A stretch of 37,943 bases of DNA from positions 1 to 37,943 of the forward strand of contig JANLUN010000544.1 in the NCBI GenBank assembly GCA_031363505.1. Direction: 5' to 3'. Below the pieces are notes generated by a model. It saw nothing but the letters and a program-made list of their open reading frames with translations. It had not been told where the DNA came from and did no database searches. This document shows, piece by piece, positions 7,576 to 16,841 of the stretch (position 1 is its first letter; every line of letters starts with the position of its first letter). The position numbers were made by a program, and so were the translations under genes. Source of the stretch: Planctomycetota bacterium (GTDB taxonomy: Bacteria > Planctomycetota > UBA1135 > GCA-002686595).

Positions 7576-10293
7576 TCAGGAGCCCTTCCGCGACGCCACC
7601 GCCCTACGCATCGATGCCGTCAGCGATTGGCGCACCGCAGAGATGCCTCGCCAGGGATCCGGGCTCCGCAGTGCATCGGCCACGTTCGACACCGTGTACC
7701 GATCCGAGCGCAGCTTGGGCCCTAGCGCGTCCCACCGGATCGGCATCGACACCGGCGCGTTCGCGAGCGCGCGCGGCGAGTACGGCGCCACCGCCGTCGC
7801 GCCGCGGCCGTTGCGCAGGTAATCGACGAAGATCTTTCCGGTGCGCCGCGCCTTCGACGCGGTCGCGATGTACTCGTTCGGTGACTCGCGCACGATCTGC
7901 TCGGCGAGAGCTTTCGAGAAGCCCTTCACCGTGTCCCAGTCGTGTTTGCGCTGGAGCGGCACGACGACGTGCAAGCCCTTGCCGCCGGTCGTCTTCACGA
8001 AGCTCTCGAGTCCGAGCGCTTCGAGCATCGCGCGCACACGCCGCGCGGCATCGACCACGCGCGGCCAAGCGACCTCGGGGCTCGGATCGAGATCGAAGAA
8101 CATGCGATCGGGTCGCTCGACATCGTCGCCGCGCGCGCCCCAGGGATGGAGTTCGAGCACGCCGATCTGCGCCAAGCCGATCAATCCTTCGACCGAATCG
8201 ATCATCACGTACTGCTCGAGGCCGCTGCTGTCTCGGATCGGAATGCTCTTCACGGACTTCGGGAAGGCGACGTCGTGATGCTTCTGGAAGAAGCACTTCG
8301 ACGCGCGGCCTTGCGGACAACGAACGATGCTCAGCGGTCGACCTGCGACGTGAGGCAGCAATCGCTCGGCGACACGCTCGAAGTACTGTGCGAGTGCAAG
8401 CTTCGTGATGCTCTGTTCTGGATAGAGCACGCGCTCGGGGTGCGTCAATCGCACGCCTGCGACGACGGCTTCGCGCTCCGTGCCGGCTCGGCGACGAATC
8501 ACAGCGCGCGACGCTGGCACTCGCGTCGTGCTCGTCTTCGCCGACACGCGCGCGAGGAACACTTTGGCTCGCGAGCGCGCGGCTGGGCTTCGTCTAGTCG
8601 AAGCCGGCACTGCGCTGGCCAGCGGTACTGCGCGCTCGAGGATGACCTCCCGCGCCGGCTTGTCTTCTCGAATCCCTTCGAACGACGGATGCCGGAGCAC
8701 ACCGTCTTCGGTCCAACCAGCGAACTCGGCTTCGATCACGAGCTCGGGCCGCACCCAGCGCACTCCACGCGCACTCGCGCCGACCGGCGCATTCGCGAAT
8801 GGCCGCGCATCGATCTCGAGCTTGTCCAGCCGGCGGCGCAGATCGCGCAGCGTCTTCTGGTCGAAGCCCGTGCCGACGCGTCCGCAGTATCGAAGCGTTC
8901 CGTCCGCGCCGTACACACCGATCAGGAGAGCACCAAGACCGGAGCGCGTTCCCGCGGGGAACGTGAATCCGCCGACGACGAACTCTTGTCGGAGCGCACA
9001 CTTCACTTTCACCCAATCGCGCTGCCGACCGGATCGATACGGCGCATCGAGTTGCTTCGAGATGATTCCTTCGAGCTTGTGCCGGCACGCCTGCGAGTGA
9101 AGGTTGGCGCCGTCGCCACCCAAGTGATCGCTGTAGAGAACCTGGGGCGGCAACTTGGCCGAGCGCATGAGACTCTCCAGCGCGCTCTTCCGGCGCTCGA
9201 GCGTGGCGCCGCGCAAGTCGTATCCGTCGAGGTGCAAGAGATCGAACGCGTAGTACGCGAGTCGTCCGTTCCCTTTTTCTCCGAGCGCTTGCTGCAAGTC
9301 TTGGAAACTCGTCGTTCCATCGGGCCGGAGCACGACGATCTCGCCGTCGATGAGCGCAGCTTTCACTGGAAGGCGCTTCATCGCTGGGGAGAGCGACGCG
9401 AAGCGCGACGTCCAGTCCAGGCCGGCGCGCGTGAACCATTGAACCTTGCCGCGTTCGATGCGGCAGAGCGCGCGGTACCCGTCGTACTTGATCTCGTGCA
9501 CCCACCCGGGTCCGGTCGGGGCCGTCTTCACGAGCGTCGCGCGTTCGGGCTCGTACGTCTCTGACATCGGGCGCCGCTCCGCACCCTCGATCGAGGCGAC
9601 TTCCGTATCCGCGCGTCCGCGCGTGATCCGCGGCGACACAGGCTTCCTTCTTCGCTTCGCCTCCGCCTTGCCAGCAGCAGACTTCGCCACTCGCGCAGGC
9701 TTTCGAGGAGCGCTCCCATCTTCAGCGGCGATCTCCGCCAGCGTGCGGCCGCTCGCGACGCTGCGCGTGGCTTTGCGGGCGATCTCGCCCGCAGCGCTCG
9801 AGCGCGCATGCGCGTCCTTCTCCTTGATCAAGAGCCATGCGCGTCCTTCGTCGTCGCGCGCCTTGCCGTGCATTCGGATCAAAGCCCACGCTCCGCGCAG
9901 TTTTTCGCCGGCGAGCTCGAACTTGATCGATCCCTTCCGCAGTGCAGCCGTCGGATCACCGTCGGGGATCCAGCGGCCGCGATCCCAAAGGAGCACGGTT
10001 CCTCCTCCGTATTCACCCTTCGGAATCGTGCCCTCGAACGAACCGTAGTCGAGCGGGTGATCCTCGACCTGCATCGCGAGGCGCTTGACGGACGGATCGA
10101 GACTGGGGCCCTTGGGTACAGCCCAACTCTTGAGCACGCCCTCGTGCTCGAGACGAAAGTCGTAGTGCAACCGCGTCGCGGCGTGCTCCTGCACGACGAA
10201 GCTCTTGGCCGCGCTCGTCGCACTGCGCTTCTTGCCGCGCGGTTCCGCCGTCCGACCGAAGTCACGCTTGCGCTGGTACTCCCGCAAGCTCAC
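7576..10293 (-). CDS. ligD: ATP-dependent DNA ligase LigD, three-domain form (phosphoesterase - ligase - polymerase/primase)
   Basis: The PE motif is [26 protein letters not shown]. The ligase motif I is EIKYDGYR (Lys codon about 9487-9489). The C-terminal part is LigD polymerase-like ([19 protein letters not shown]). The longest ORF starts at GTG 10395. I prefer GTG 10293 ([18 protein letters not shown]), 4 nt after the ku stop. ATG 10344 is also possible. Confidence 0.9.
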   Translation of the reverse strand: MSLREYQRKRDFGRTAEPRGKKRSATSAAKSFVVQEHAATRLHYDFRLEHEGVLKSWAVPKGPSLDPSVKRLAMQVEDHPLDYGSFEGTIPKGEYGGGTVLLWDRGRWIPDGDPTAALRKGSIKFELAGEKLRGAWALIRMHGKARDDEGRAWLLIKEKDAHARSSAAGEIARKATRSVASGRTLAEIAAEDGSAPRKPARVAKSAAGKAEAKRRRKPVSPRITRGRADTEVASIEGAERRPMSETYEPERATLVKTAPTGPGWVHEIKYDGYRALCRIERGKVQWFTRAGLDWTSRFASLSPAMKRLPVKAALIDGEIVVLRPDGTTSFQDLQQALGEKGNGRLAYYAFDLLHLDGYDLRGATLERRKSALESLMRSAKLPPQVLYSDHLGGDGANLHSQACRHKLEGIISKQLDAPYRSGRQRDWVKVKCALRQEFVVGGFTFPAGTRSGLGALLIGVYGADGTLRYCGRVGTGFDQKTLRDLRRRLDKLEIDARPFANAPVGASARGVRWVRPELVIEAEFAGWTEDGVLRHPSFEGIREDKPAREVILERAVPLASAVPASTRRSPAARSRAKVFLARVSAKTSTTRVPASRAVIRRRAGTEREAVVAGVRLTHPERVLYPEQSITKLALAQYFERVAERLLPHVAGRPLSIVRCPQGRASKCFFQKHHDVAFPKSVKSIPIRDSSGLEQYVMIDSVEGLIGLAQIGVLELHPWGARGDDVERPDRMFFDLDPSPEVAWPRVVDAARRVRAMLEALGLESFVKTTGGKGLHVVVPLQRKHDWDTVKGFSKALAEQIVRESPNEYIATASKARRTGKIFVDYLRNGRGATAVAPYSPRALANAPVSMPIRWDALGPKLRSDRYTVSNVADALRSPDPWRGISAVRQSLTASMRRAVASRKGS

Positions 10294-10297
10294 GCGC

Positions 10298-11200
10298 TCA
10301 CCCCGCACCCTTGGTTCGACGCCGCGTCGGCCGCTTGCGCGCATGCACGCGTTTCGTGCGACGTGCCGCGACCGGACGGCGCTTTCCAGCGGCACGAGTG
10401 AGGCGTGCGGCGTCGATGCTCTTCTCCAGCAACGGCATCAAGTCGGTGATCTCACCGCGCTTTCGCGGAGCCGGTTTGTCGTCGTCGGACGTGAGCGTGT
10501 GCATCTCGCCCGATTCGATCTTGTTCTCGATGACGTGCATGAGGTCCGTCGCATATTCATCGGTGTAGGCTGCGGGATCCCAGTCGGTGACCATGTCCTC
10601 GACCAGACGCTTAGCCATCTCGACTTCCTTCGGCTTGATACCGACGTCGGCCAGTTCAACGTCGACTTCGTCGAGGTCTTCCGTGGGACGAACCTCTTGT
10701 GCAAATCGCAGGAGATACAGAACGAGCGCTTGTCCGCGTACACCAACCGCCGCGATGTGCTCCTTGGTACGGATGACGATGCGAGCGATGCCGACCTTGC
10801 CCGTGCGTCGCAACGTCTCGCGCAGGAGCACGTAGCCCTTGCCCTTTTTCAAGGGCGCCAAGTAGTACGGCTTCTCGTAGTAGATCGGCTCGATGTCGCC
10901 GCCGTTGACGAAGCTCAGGATCTCGATCGTCTGCGTGAGCTTTGGATTCGCGCGGCGAAGATCGGAGTCGCTGAGCACGACGTACTCGCCCTTTTGGTGC
11001 TCGTACCCGTGCACGATCTCCGCCCACGGCACCTCTTTGCCCGTGGCCTTGTTGTAGCGGTTGTATCCGACCGGCGAGAGGTCGCGACGATCGATGTACG
11101 AGAGCTTGATCTCGCTCGGCGTTTCCGCGGCGACCAATCCGACTGGAATCTCCACCAGTCCGAACGAGATAGCGCCCTTCCAGATCATACGGTCGACCAT
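10298..11200 (-). CDS. ku: Ku protein (NHEJ DNA-end-binding)
   Basis: 300 aa. MIWKGAISFGLVEIPVGL is the classic bacterial Ku N-terminus, and the C-terminal tail is basic. It sits immediately upstream of ligD on the same strand. Confidence 0.95.
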   Translation of the reverse strand: MVDRMIWKGAISFGLVEIPVGLVAAETPSEIKLSYIDRRDLSPVGYNRYNKATGKEVPWAEIVHGYEHQKGEYVVLSDSDLRRANPKLTQTIEILSFVNGGDIEPIYYEKPYYLAPLKKGKGYVLLRETLRRTGKVGIARIVIRTKEHIAAVGVRGQALVLYLLRFAQEVRPTEDLDEVDVELADVGIKPKEVEMAKRLVEDMVTDWDPAAYTDEYATDLMHVIENKIESGEMHTLTSDDDKPAPRKRGEITDLMPLLEKSIDAARLTRAAGKRRPVAARRTKRVHARKRPTRRRTKGAG

Positions 11201-11434
11201 GACTTTGCCTCGCTGTCCGCGTTGTATGGTGTAGAAAGGAGAACGACGAACTCCCTAGTTCCATCGATGCGCGCTCTCTCGCGACTCACCTCGAGTGCGC
11301 CCCACACTCGATGGTGCGCACGTGAAGTGTGACGCGCCCTCCGGCTCCGCAAGCGGTAGGCCGATGCACGCTCAGGGATATCGACGTGCACGAGAAGGTC
11401 GAGGGTTCACGACTTCTCGGTAGCGCCGCATCGT

Positions 11435-11450
11435 TGGCACGGAACTAGCC
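11435..11450 (+). promoter_or_regulatory. Candidate sigma-54 (-24/-12) promoter for the BON-domain gene
   Basis: TGGCACGgaacTAGCc versus consensus TGGCACG-N4-TTGCW. The GG and GC dinucleotides have exactly the canonical spacing and there is one mismatch (A for T). It lies about 47 nt upstream of the ATG at 11497. Confidence 0.35.
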
Positions 11451-11496
11451 TTCGCAGCGAGTCGATTTCCAACGAACCGCTGCCCAGGAGCCACAC

Positions 11497-11820
11497 ATGC
11501 TGAATTCGAAATCTCTCGTCGCGCTCGCCATCGCTGGCGGCGTGCTGTGTTTCACGCCCCTGCTCGAGTCGTGCCGCAGCACGACGTCCGCCTCGTCGCA
11601 GATGAGCGACACCACGATCACGAGCAAGATCAAAGCGAAGTACGTCGGTGATGCCGACGTCAAGGTCTTCGACGTCTCGGTCAACACCGAAGAAGGTGTC
11701 GTCTATCTGACGGGCCGCGTCGACACGCAGGCCCAAAAGGAAGAAGCGGAGCGCCTCGCTTGGAACACCGATGGAGTGACGCAAGTCGTCAACCACATCA
11801 AGGTAGGCGACAAGACCTAG
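11497..11820 (+). CDS. BON-domain protein (OsmY-like), exported or lipoprotein
   Basis: 107 aa. There is a signal-like N-terminus, then ITSKIKAKYVGDADVKVFDVSVNTEEGVVYLTGRVDTQAQKEEAERLAWNTDGVTQVVNHIKV, a typical BON domain. AGGAG sits 8 nt upstream of the ATG. Confidence 0.85.
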   Translation: MLNSKSLVALAIAGGVLCFTPLLESCRSTTSASSQMSDTTITSKIKAKYVGDADVKVFDVSVNTEEGVVYLTGRVDTQAQKEEAERLAWNTDGVTQVVNHIKVGDKT

Positions 11821-11848
11821 CGCGTCATCACGGAGGAGAGTCATATCT

Positions 11849-11877
11849 GGGCGCCGCTTGCGGCGCCCTTTTCGTTT
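11849..11877 (+). terminator. Intrinsic terminator of the BON-domain gene
   Basis: gggcgccg-cttg-cggcgccc is an 8-bp all-paired GC stem with a 4-nt loop, followed directly by ttttcgttt. It lies 29 nt after the stop. Confidence 0.75.
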
Positions 11878-12031
11878 CCACCGATGGTTGCGCCGAGTGG
11901 GGCGCGCGCCGGCGAAGGACGCCTCCTCTTTCTCGCTCGTCTGGAAGACCTCCGCGAGGTGGAAGCTCGACGAAACGACGCGAGGAGACGGATTCGACGA
12001 ATCCATCTCCCCGCACGAATTCAACGCGCTC

Positions 12032-12673
12032 TCAGCTCCGGCGAGCGAGCTTCTTCTTCACCGTCCTCTTCGGCGCCGCGGCGCGCGCCGACTTTGCGGC
12101 GGGCTTCTTCGCGGGAGCGATCGACTTCGGTTCGGGCGACTTCTTCACTTTCGTCGCCGGAGTTGCGGTGCCACGTCGAGCGGACTTGCTCGTCGAGCTC
12201 GCCGCTTTGCTGTCTTTGCCGCCAAGCGCCGCGAGCACCTGATCGACGTGTCCTTCGACCTTCACCGGCGACCAGACGTGTGCGATGCGGCCTTTCTCGT
12301 CGATCATGAACGTGGAGCGAATCGTTCCGACGATTGGTTTGCCGTAGAGAATCTTCTTACCGTACGCGCCGAACGCCTTAGCCACGGAGTTGTCGGCGTC
12401 GGTCAAGAGCTCGAAGGGCAGCTCGTACTTCTTATTGAACTTGGCGTGCGACGCGCCGCCGTCCTTCGAGACGCCGAACACTTCGGCGCCGGCCGATCGC
12501 ACGCGCGCGAGGTTGTCGCGGAAATCGCACGCTTCGCGCGTGCACCCGGGCGTGTCGTCCTTGGGATAGAAGTACAGCACGGTCTTGCGGCCGCGCAGAT
12601 CCGCAAGCGATACATTGCGACCGGAAGTGGAAGGCAGGGAGAACGACGGAGCAGGACGGCCGACTTCGAGCAT
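12032..12673 (-). CDS. bcp: Peroxiredoxin Bcp (thiol peroxidase) with a Lys/Ala/Pro-rich basic C-terminal tail
   Basis: 213 aa. LYFYPKDDTPGCTREACDF carries the Bcp CxxxxC active site. Residues about 151-213 are low complexity (KSARRGTATPATKVKKSPEPKSIAPAKKPAAKSARAAAPKRTVKKKLARRS). Confidence 0.9.
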   Translation of the reverse strand: MLEVGRPAPSFSLPSTSGRNVSLADLRGRKTVLYFYPKDDTPGCTREACDFRDNLARVRSAGAEVFGVSKDGGASHAKFNKKYELPFELLTDADNSVAKAFGAYGKKILYGKPIVGTIRSTFMIDEKGRIAHVWSPVKVEGHVDQVLAALGGKDSKAASSTSKSARRGTATPATKVKKSPEPKSIAPAKKPAAKSARAAAPKRTVKKKLARRS

Positions 12674-12770
12674 GTTGAGTTCCTAAGGTTGGGCTTGCGC
12701 ACGGTTCGTGGCGCGGTGAGAGCATCCTAGCGCGCTGCTCGACCCGTCCAAAGGACGCCGACACTGGTAT

Positions 12771-13649
12771 TCACGCGCTTCGACGCCGGAGCAACACGGC
12801 GATCGCGACGCCGCCGAGGATCATCGCGCCTGCGATCGCGAGGCGCACCCGGATCGTCTCGCCGAGGATGAGCACGCCGGCGCAAGCGGCGAACACGGGA
12901 ACCGTGAGCTGAATCACCGCCGCGCGCGTCGCGCTGAGTCCAGGCAACGCGAGGTACCACAAGCTGTAGCCCAGTCCCGACGCCAGCGCACCGGAACACG
13001 CCGCGAGCACGACGCCTCGTGTCGACACATGCGTCGACGACCACGCGAGTGCGAGCCCCGCGAGCGCCATCGGAACGCTGCGCGCGAAGTTCGAGGCCGT
13101 CGCGAGCAGTGGCGCGCGGCTCCTTCGACCGCGCAGCGAGTACACGCCCCATGCGCACCCGGCGAGCGACATCAAGCACAGGCCGATCCAGTCGGGCGCA
13201 TCGGCCGAATCGGAAGTCGCAGTGCTCGGCCACGTCAGAACCACGAGTCCGGTGAACGCGATCACGAGGCCCACCCATTCACCTGCGCTCGGACGCTCGC
13301 CGCGGTAGAGACCCCAGCCGATCATCGTCGCTTGTACCGTCGCGAACAGGGCGAGCGCGCCGACTCCGGTCGAGAGCCGCAAGTACGCGAGCGAGAACGC
13401 CGCGGCGTACGTGAAGAGTGCGGCAGCGGACGCCCAACTAGCTCCTGAAGCGTCGGAACGCGAGGGGGATGTCGCTCGCACGAGCACAAAGAGCATGACC
13501 GCGCCGCTCACGAGGCGCACTCCCGTGAACGACCACGCGTCGATGGTCCGCGCTCCAAGTGCTGCGCGACACAAGAGTGAATTCGCCGCGAAGCCGATGA
13601 GCGCGGTGGTCGCGGCGAGCGTCGTGCGAGCCGGGGCGCGCATGGTCAT
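12771..13649 (-). CDS. EamA/DMT-family transporter
   Basis: About 10 TM segments and two EamA-like halves. I prefer the ATG at 13649 (MTMRAPARTTLAATTALIGFAANSLLCRAAL). The longer ORF-track N-terminus is Arg-rich and overlaps the upstream gene. Confidence 0.85.
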   Translation of the reverse strand: MTMRAPARTTLAATTALIGFAANSLLCRAALGARTIDAWSFTGVRLVSGAVMLFVLVRATSPSRSDASGASWASAAALFTYAAAFSLAYLRLSTGVGALALFATVQATMIGWGLYRGERPSAGEWVGLVIAFTGLVVLTWPSTATSDSADAPDWIGLCLMSLAGCAWGVYSLRGRRSRAPLLATASNFARSVPMALAGLALAWSSTHVSTRGVVLAACSGALASGLGYSLWYLALPGLSATRAAVIQLTVPVFAACAGVLILGETIRVRLAIAGAMILGGVAIAVLLRRRSA

Positions 13650-15334
13650 GTCGCGCGGACGAGACGTCGCAACGCGGCACGCAACCGCGCGTGTTCGTCG
13701 ATGAGCCGCACGCCGTCCGATTCGCGGCGTCCACCCTTCGCACGCAGAATCGCTCCCAGCGCGCCGCGATCGCGCGTGTTCCATCGCGCGACTTCCGGAA
13801 GCGCTGCGACGAGCGGCGCCCAACGCTCGAACGAGAGGCGTTCGCCCGGCGGAAGACGACGCCACGCGCGCTGGCCGACGAGCTTCGCGGTTTCGGCCGC
13901 ACACTCCAGGGCGGCGCGCTCACGGTCGGCGCCGAACCGCTGCGCGACGTAGTCCGTGATCGCCGCTCCGACGCGATCGAGCGGGAACTTGCCGAGCACG
14001 TCGTCGCGCTTGCGGCCCAGCTCGAAGTAGAGCTCGTGTGCCGCGAGCTTTTCGAGGGTCGCGAGGTTCGAACGATGCTTGGGCGCGCGGCGAATCCGCG
14101 CGAGCTCCTTCTGCATCAACCGGCGCGCTTCGATCGCCCGCGGACGAAACCCGAGCTTCTGATAGAACCACCACGCGCCGGACGAAAGACCCTCGTCGTT
14201 CTCGTACCCCAGTTGGTACGGCGGCACCATGAACGTGTCGACCTCGAAGAGCGCGCGTGCCGTCGCGAGCGCTCTCGCATAGACGTACGCCGCCTCCGCG
14301 CCGCGGTACGCGTCGAAGACGTTGTACGCGACCTCGGCGGAGCGGAAGAGCGTGCTGACCAGGACGTACCCGATCGGCACGTCGTTCCGCAGCGTCACGA
14401 AGCCGTACACCGATTCGAGCAGGAGCCTCCGCTCGGGCCGCACGCCCATCACCGCGAACTGCAAACCGTCGCCGCAGTCGACGAGGCGCACGTCGCGCTC
14501 GTCCGCGTGCATGAACGCTTCCAGATCTCGCGCGCGAGTCACCATCGCTTCGCGCGCGAGCTGCACGAGCTCGCGACCGACACGCACCGACACGTCGCGC
14601 ACAGCCTCCGGCGGACGCCGGATCTCGCGTGCAAGATCCGGCCGTTCGCGCCGGAGCGCCGTCCGCTGAAACACGGGTGCTCCGGTCGCGAACCGTGCGC
14701 GCGAGCGCGACGGTGTCCCACGACCAGGCAAGAGTCGCAGCGGCAAGTCGAGCTCGTCGGCGAAGCGCTCGCGCGCGAACACGTGCATGGGCAGCGCTTC
14801 CATACGGCGGACCAGGAACTGCGCGTCGCTCGCCTTCGGCCCCTTAAGCCGTTCGATCTGTTCACGCGCGGTGACGGACTTCGCGTCGAGCGCGCTCGAC
14901 TCGCCCCATAGCAAGAGCATCCACAGATTGCGCCCGAGCAAGTCCTCGTTCTCGAACTCGTCCCAATCGACGCGCAGCGCCGGCCCGAAGCGCCGCGCGA
15001 GCCAACTCGCGGTCGGCGCGTAGAAGCGATAGCCGATCGCCGTGCCGGCGACGCCGGAGTCCGCGAGGTCGTCTTTGAAGCGACGCAGGTCCGCGCGACG
15101 TTCGAACTGCTGGAGCAGCCGTTCACTCAGCGCGAGGACCCGTCCGTCGTCGGGATACGCGCGCAGGAAGATCAAAGCTTCGTGAAACGCGAGGACCTGA
15201 CGAGCGCTCGACAGCCGCGCCCGCGAGAGCTTGCGGATGAGCTCGAGCTTGCGGTCCGCGACGCCCGGCGCGAACTCGTGCACGATCCGGCAGAGCGCGC
15301 CGAGATCCGAGGTTGCACGCACCGAGGGTGTCAT
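13646..15334 (-). CDS. Conserved-looking hypothetical protein with a GNAT-like acyltransferase core
   Basis: Coding character is strong. I prefer the ATG at 15334 (MTPSVRATSDLG...). Residues ~323-440 of the 603-aa track ORF (PIGYVLVSTLFRSAEVAYNVFDAYRG...GLSSGAWWFYQKLGFRP) look like a GNAT fold. Its stop overlaps the EamA start (ATGA). Confidence 0.8.
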   Translation of the reverse strand: MTPSVRATSDLGALCRIVHEFAPGVADRKLELIRKLSRARLSSARQVLAFHEALIFLRAYPDDGRVLALSERLLQQFERRADLRRFKDDLADSGVAGTAIGYRFYAPTASWLARRFGPALRVDWDEFENEDLLGRNLWMLLLWGESSALDAKSVTAREQIERLKGPKASDAQFLVRRMEALPMHVFARERFADELDLPLRLLPGRGTPSRSRARFATGAPVFQRTALRRERPDLAREIRRPPEAVRDVSVRVGRELVQLAREAMVTRARDLEAFMHADERDVRLVDCGDGLQFAVMGVRPERRLLLESVYGFVTLRNDVPIGYVLVSTLFRSAEVAYNVFDAYRGAEAAYVYARALATARALFEVDTFMVPPYQLGYENDEGLSSGAWWFYQKLGFRPRAIEARRLMQKELARIRRAPKHRSNLATLEKLAAHELYFELGRKRDDVLGKFPLDRVGAAITDYVAQRFGADRERAALECAAETAKLVGQRAWRRLPPGERLSFERWAPLVAALPEVARWNTRDRGALGAILRAKGGRRESDGVRLIDEHARLRAALRRLVRAT

Positions 15335-15701
15335 CGCGTCCAGGAACGTAGCAGCGCACGTTGGCCTGCACCAAAACTCGGGGTAGGATTTCAAACCTGC
15401 CGTCGCCGTTTTGGCCCGGCATCCACCCGACCCCGGAGGCATCCCATGACGAAGCAAGAGTCCGTCGTCCGCGCCTCCGGCCTCGCGTAACGCGATTGCG
15501 TTCGCGGCGCGTTCTTGCGCCGCGCGTGAGGCCGAGAGCTCGATCGTGCGCTCCTCCGAGCGCTGCGCTCCCGGTCCGTCCGTGCTGCATGTTCAGCTCG
15601 CGTCCGAGAGCGTTCCATCCGCGATCGCGGGGTTCTCGCTCCGCATCGCGCCTCGACGATACGGCGAACGACGAAATGGGACGGATGACAGGGATGATCC
15701 A

Positions 15702-16841
15702 GTGGAACGAAATGAAAAGGACGAGCTGCGTGAGCGGCTTCTAAGAGGGGTCGGCAAAGAACCGAGTTACGACGAAAAGAAGCGCCTGCGCGAGAGCACG
15801 CGCGCCAAGCATGCGGAGCGGCAGCGCAAGCGACCGCGCGGGCGTGAGTGGGACGACGATGACGAGGGGATCGAGTCGATGGCGGCTGCGCACACGCGCC
15901 GCGACGCCGTGCAGCCGCACGAGCTCGCGGTCGATGACGATGTCGTCGGCGAGGACGCGCTCGTCGTCGGCGTCGCCCGGACGAGTGTGCGCGTGCGGAC
16001 ACCGAGCGGCGAAACCGACGCGCTCGTGAGCGCGCGCGACGGCTCCATCGTCGTCGGCGACTTGGCCGTGATCGAGCAGGTCGATGCGCGGACGGCGATC
16101 GTTCGCGCCATTCGATCGCGACGCACACGGCTCTCGCGGCCCGATCCGGGCGATCCGCAGCGCGAACGCGTGATCGCTGCGAACGTCGACATCGCGGTCA
16201 TCGTGGTGTCGGCGTCGGCACCGCCCTACAAGCCGGCGTTCGTCGACCGAATGCTCGTCGCCGTCCAGTTCGGCGGCGTCGCTCCGGTCGTGTGCATCAA
16301 CAAGGTCGATCTCGCCGTCGCTAGTGAAGACCTGCGCACGCTCGAACTCGCCCGCGCGTCGATGCGCGCGCTCGGCGTGCCGATCGTCTTGGCGTCGGCG
16401 TCCGATCGCACAGGCGTGGAAGAGCTGCGCGCGCTCGTGAATGGCAAGCGGTGCGTCTTCGTCGGACACAGCGGCGTAGGAAAGTCGTCGCTCGCCAACG
16501 CGCTCGATCCCGGTGGGTCGCGAGCCACGGGGCATGTACGCGATTCCGACGGCCGAGGTCGCCACACGACGACGGGTTCGTCGCTGCGCGAGACGTGGCC
16601 CGGCACCGAGATCGTCGACACGCCCGGCGTGCGTCAGTTCGGACTCTTCGGCGTCGATCGCGGGAGCCTGGCGGCGTACTTCCCCGACTTCACCGAAGCC
16701 GCGAGCGACTGTCGCTTCCGCGATTGCACTCACCTCGTCGAACCGGAGTGTGGCGTGAAACGTGCGGTCGACGAAGGCCGGGTCGCGGCGTCGCGCTTGG
16801 CCGTCTACGCGCGGCTTCGAGCGGAGCTCTGCGATCGGTGA
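15702..16841 (+). CDS. rsgA: Ribosome small-subunit-dependent GTPase A (RsgA/YjeQ)
   Basis: It has the circularly permuted GTPase order: NKVDL (G4), then GHSGVGKSSL (G1), then DTPG (G3), then the C-terminal Zn motif CRFRDCTHLVEPEC. The start is uncertain, with candidates at GTG 15702 (preferred), 15546 (longest) and ATG 15879. Confidence 0.85.
   Translation: MERNEKDELRERLLRGVGKEPSYDEKKRLRESTRAKHAERQRKRPRGREWDDDDEGIESMAAAHTRRDAVQPHELAVDDDVVGEDALVVGVARTSVRVRTPSGETDALVSARDGSIVVGDLAVIEQVDARTAIVRAIRSRRTRLSRPDPGDPQRERVIAANVDIAVIVVSASAPPYKPAFVDRMLVAVQFGGVAPVVCINKVDLAVASEDLRTLELARASMRALGVPIVLASASDRTGVEELRALVNGKRCVFVGHSGVGKSSLANALDPGGSRATGHVRDSDGRGRHTTTGSSLRETWPGTEIVDTPGVRQFGLFGVDRGSLAAYFPDFTEAASDCRFRDCTHLVEPECGVKRAVDEGRVAASRLAVYARLRAELCDR

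Noticed and set aside
7604-10401. Long alternative ORFs within ligD (7614-8408 +, 7942-9564 +, 8594-9505 -, 9808-10401 +)
   Set aside because: They overlap the LigD frame, which carries the KYDGYR and PE/Pol motifs, and they have no motifs of their own.
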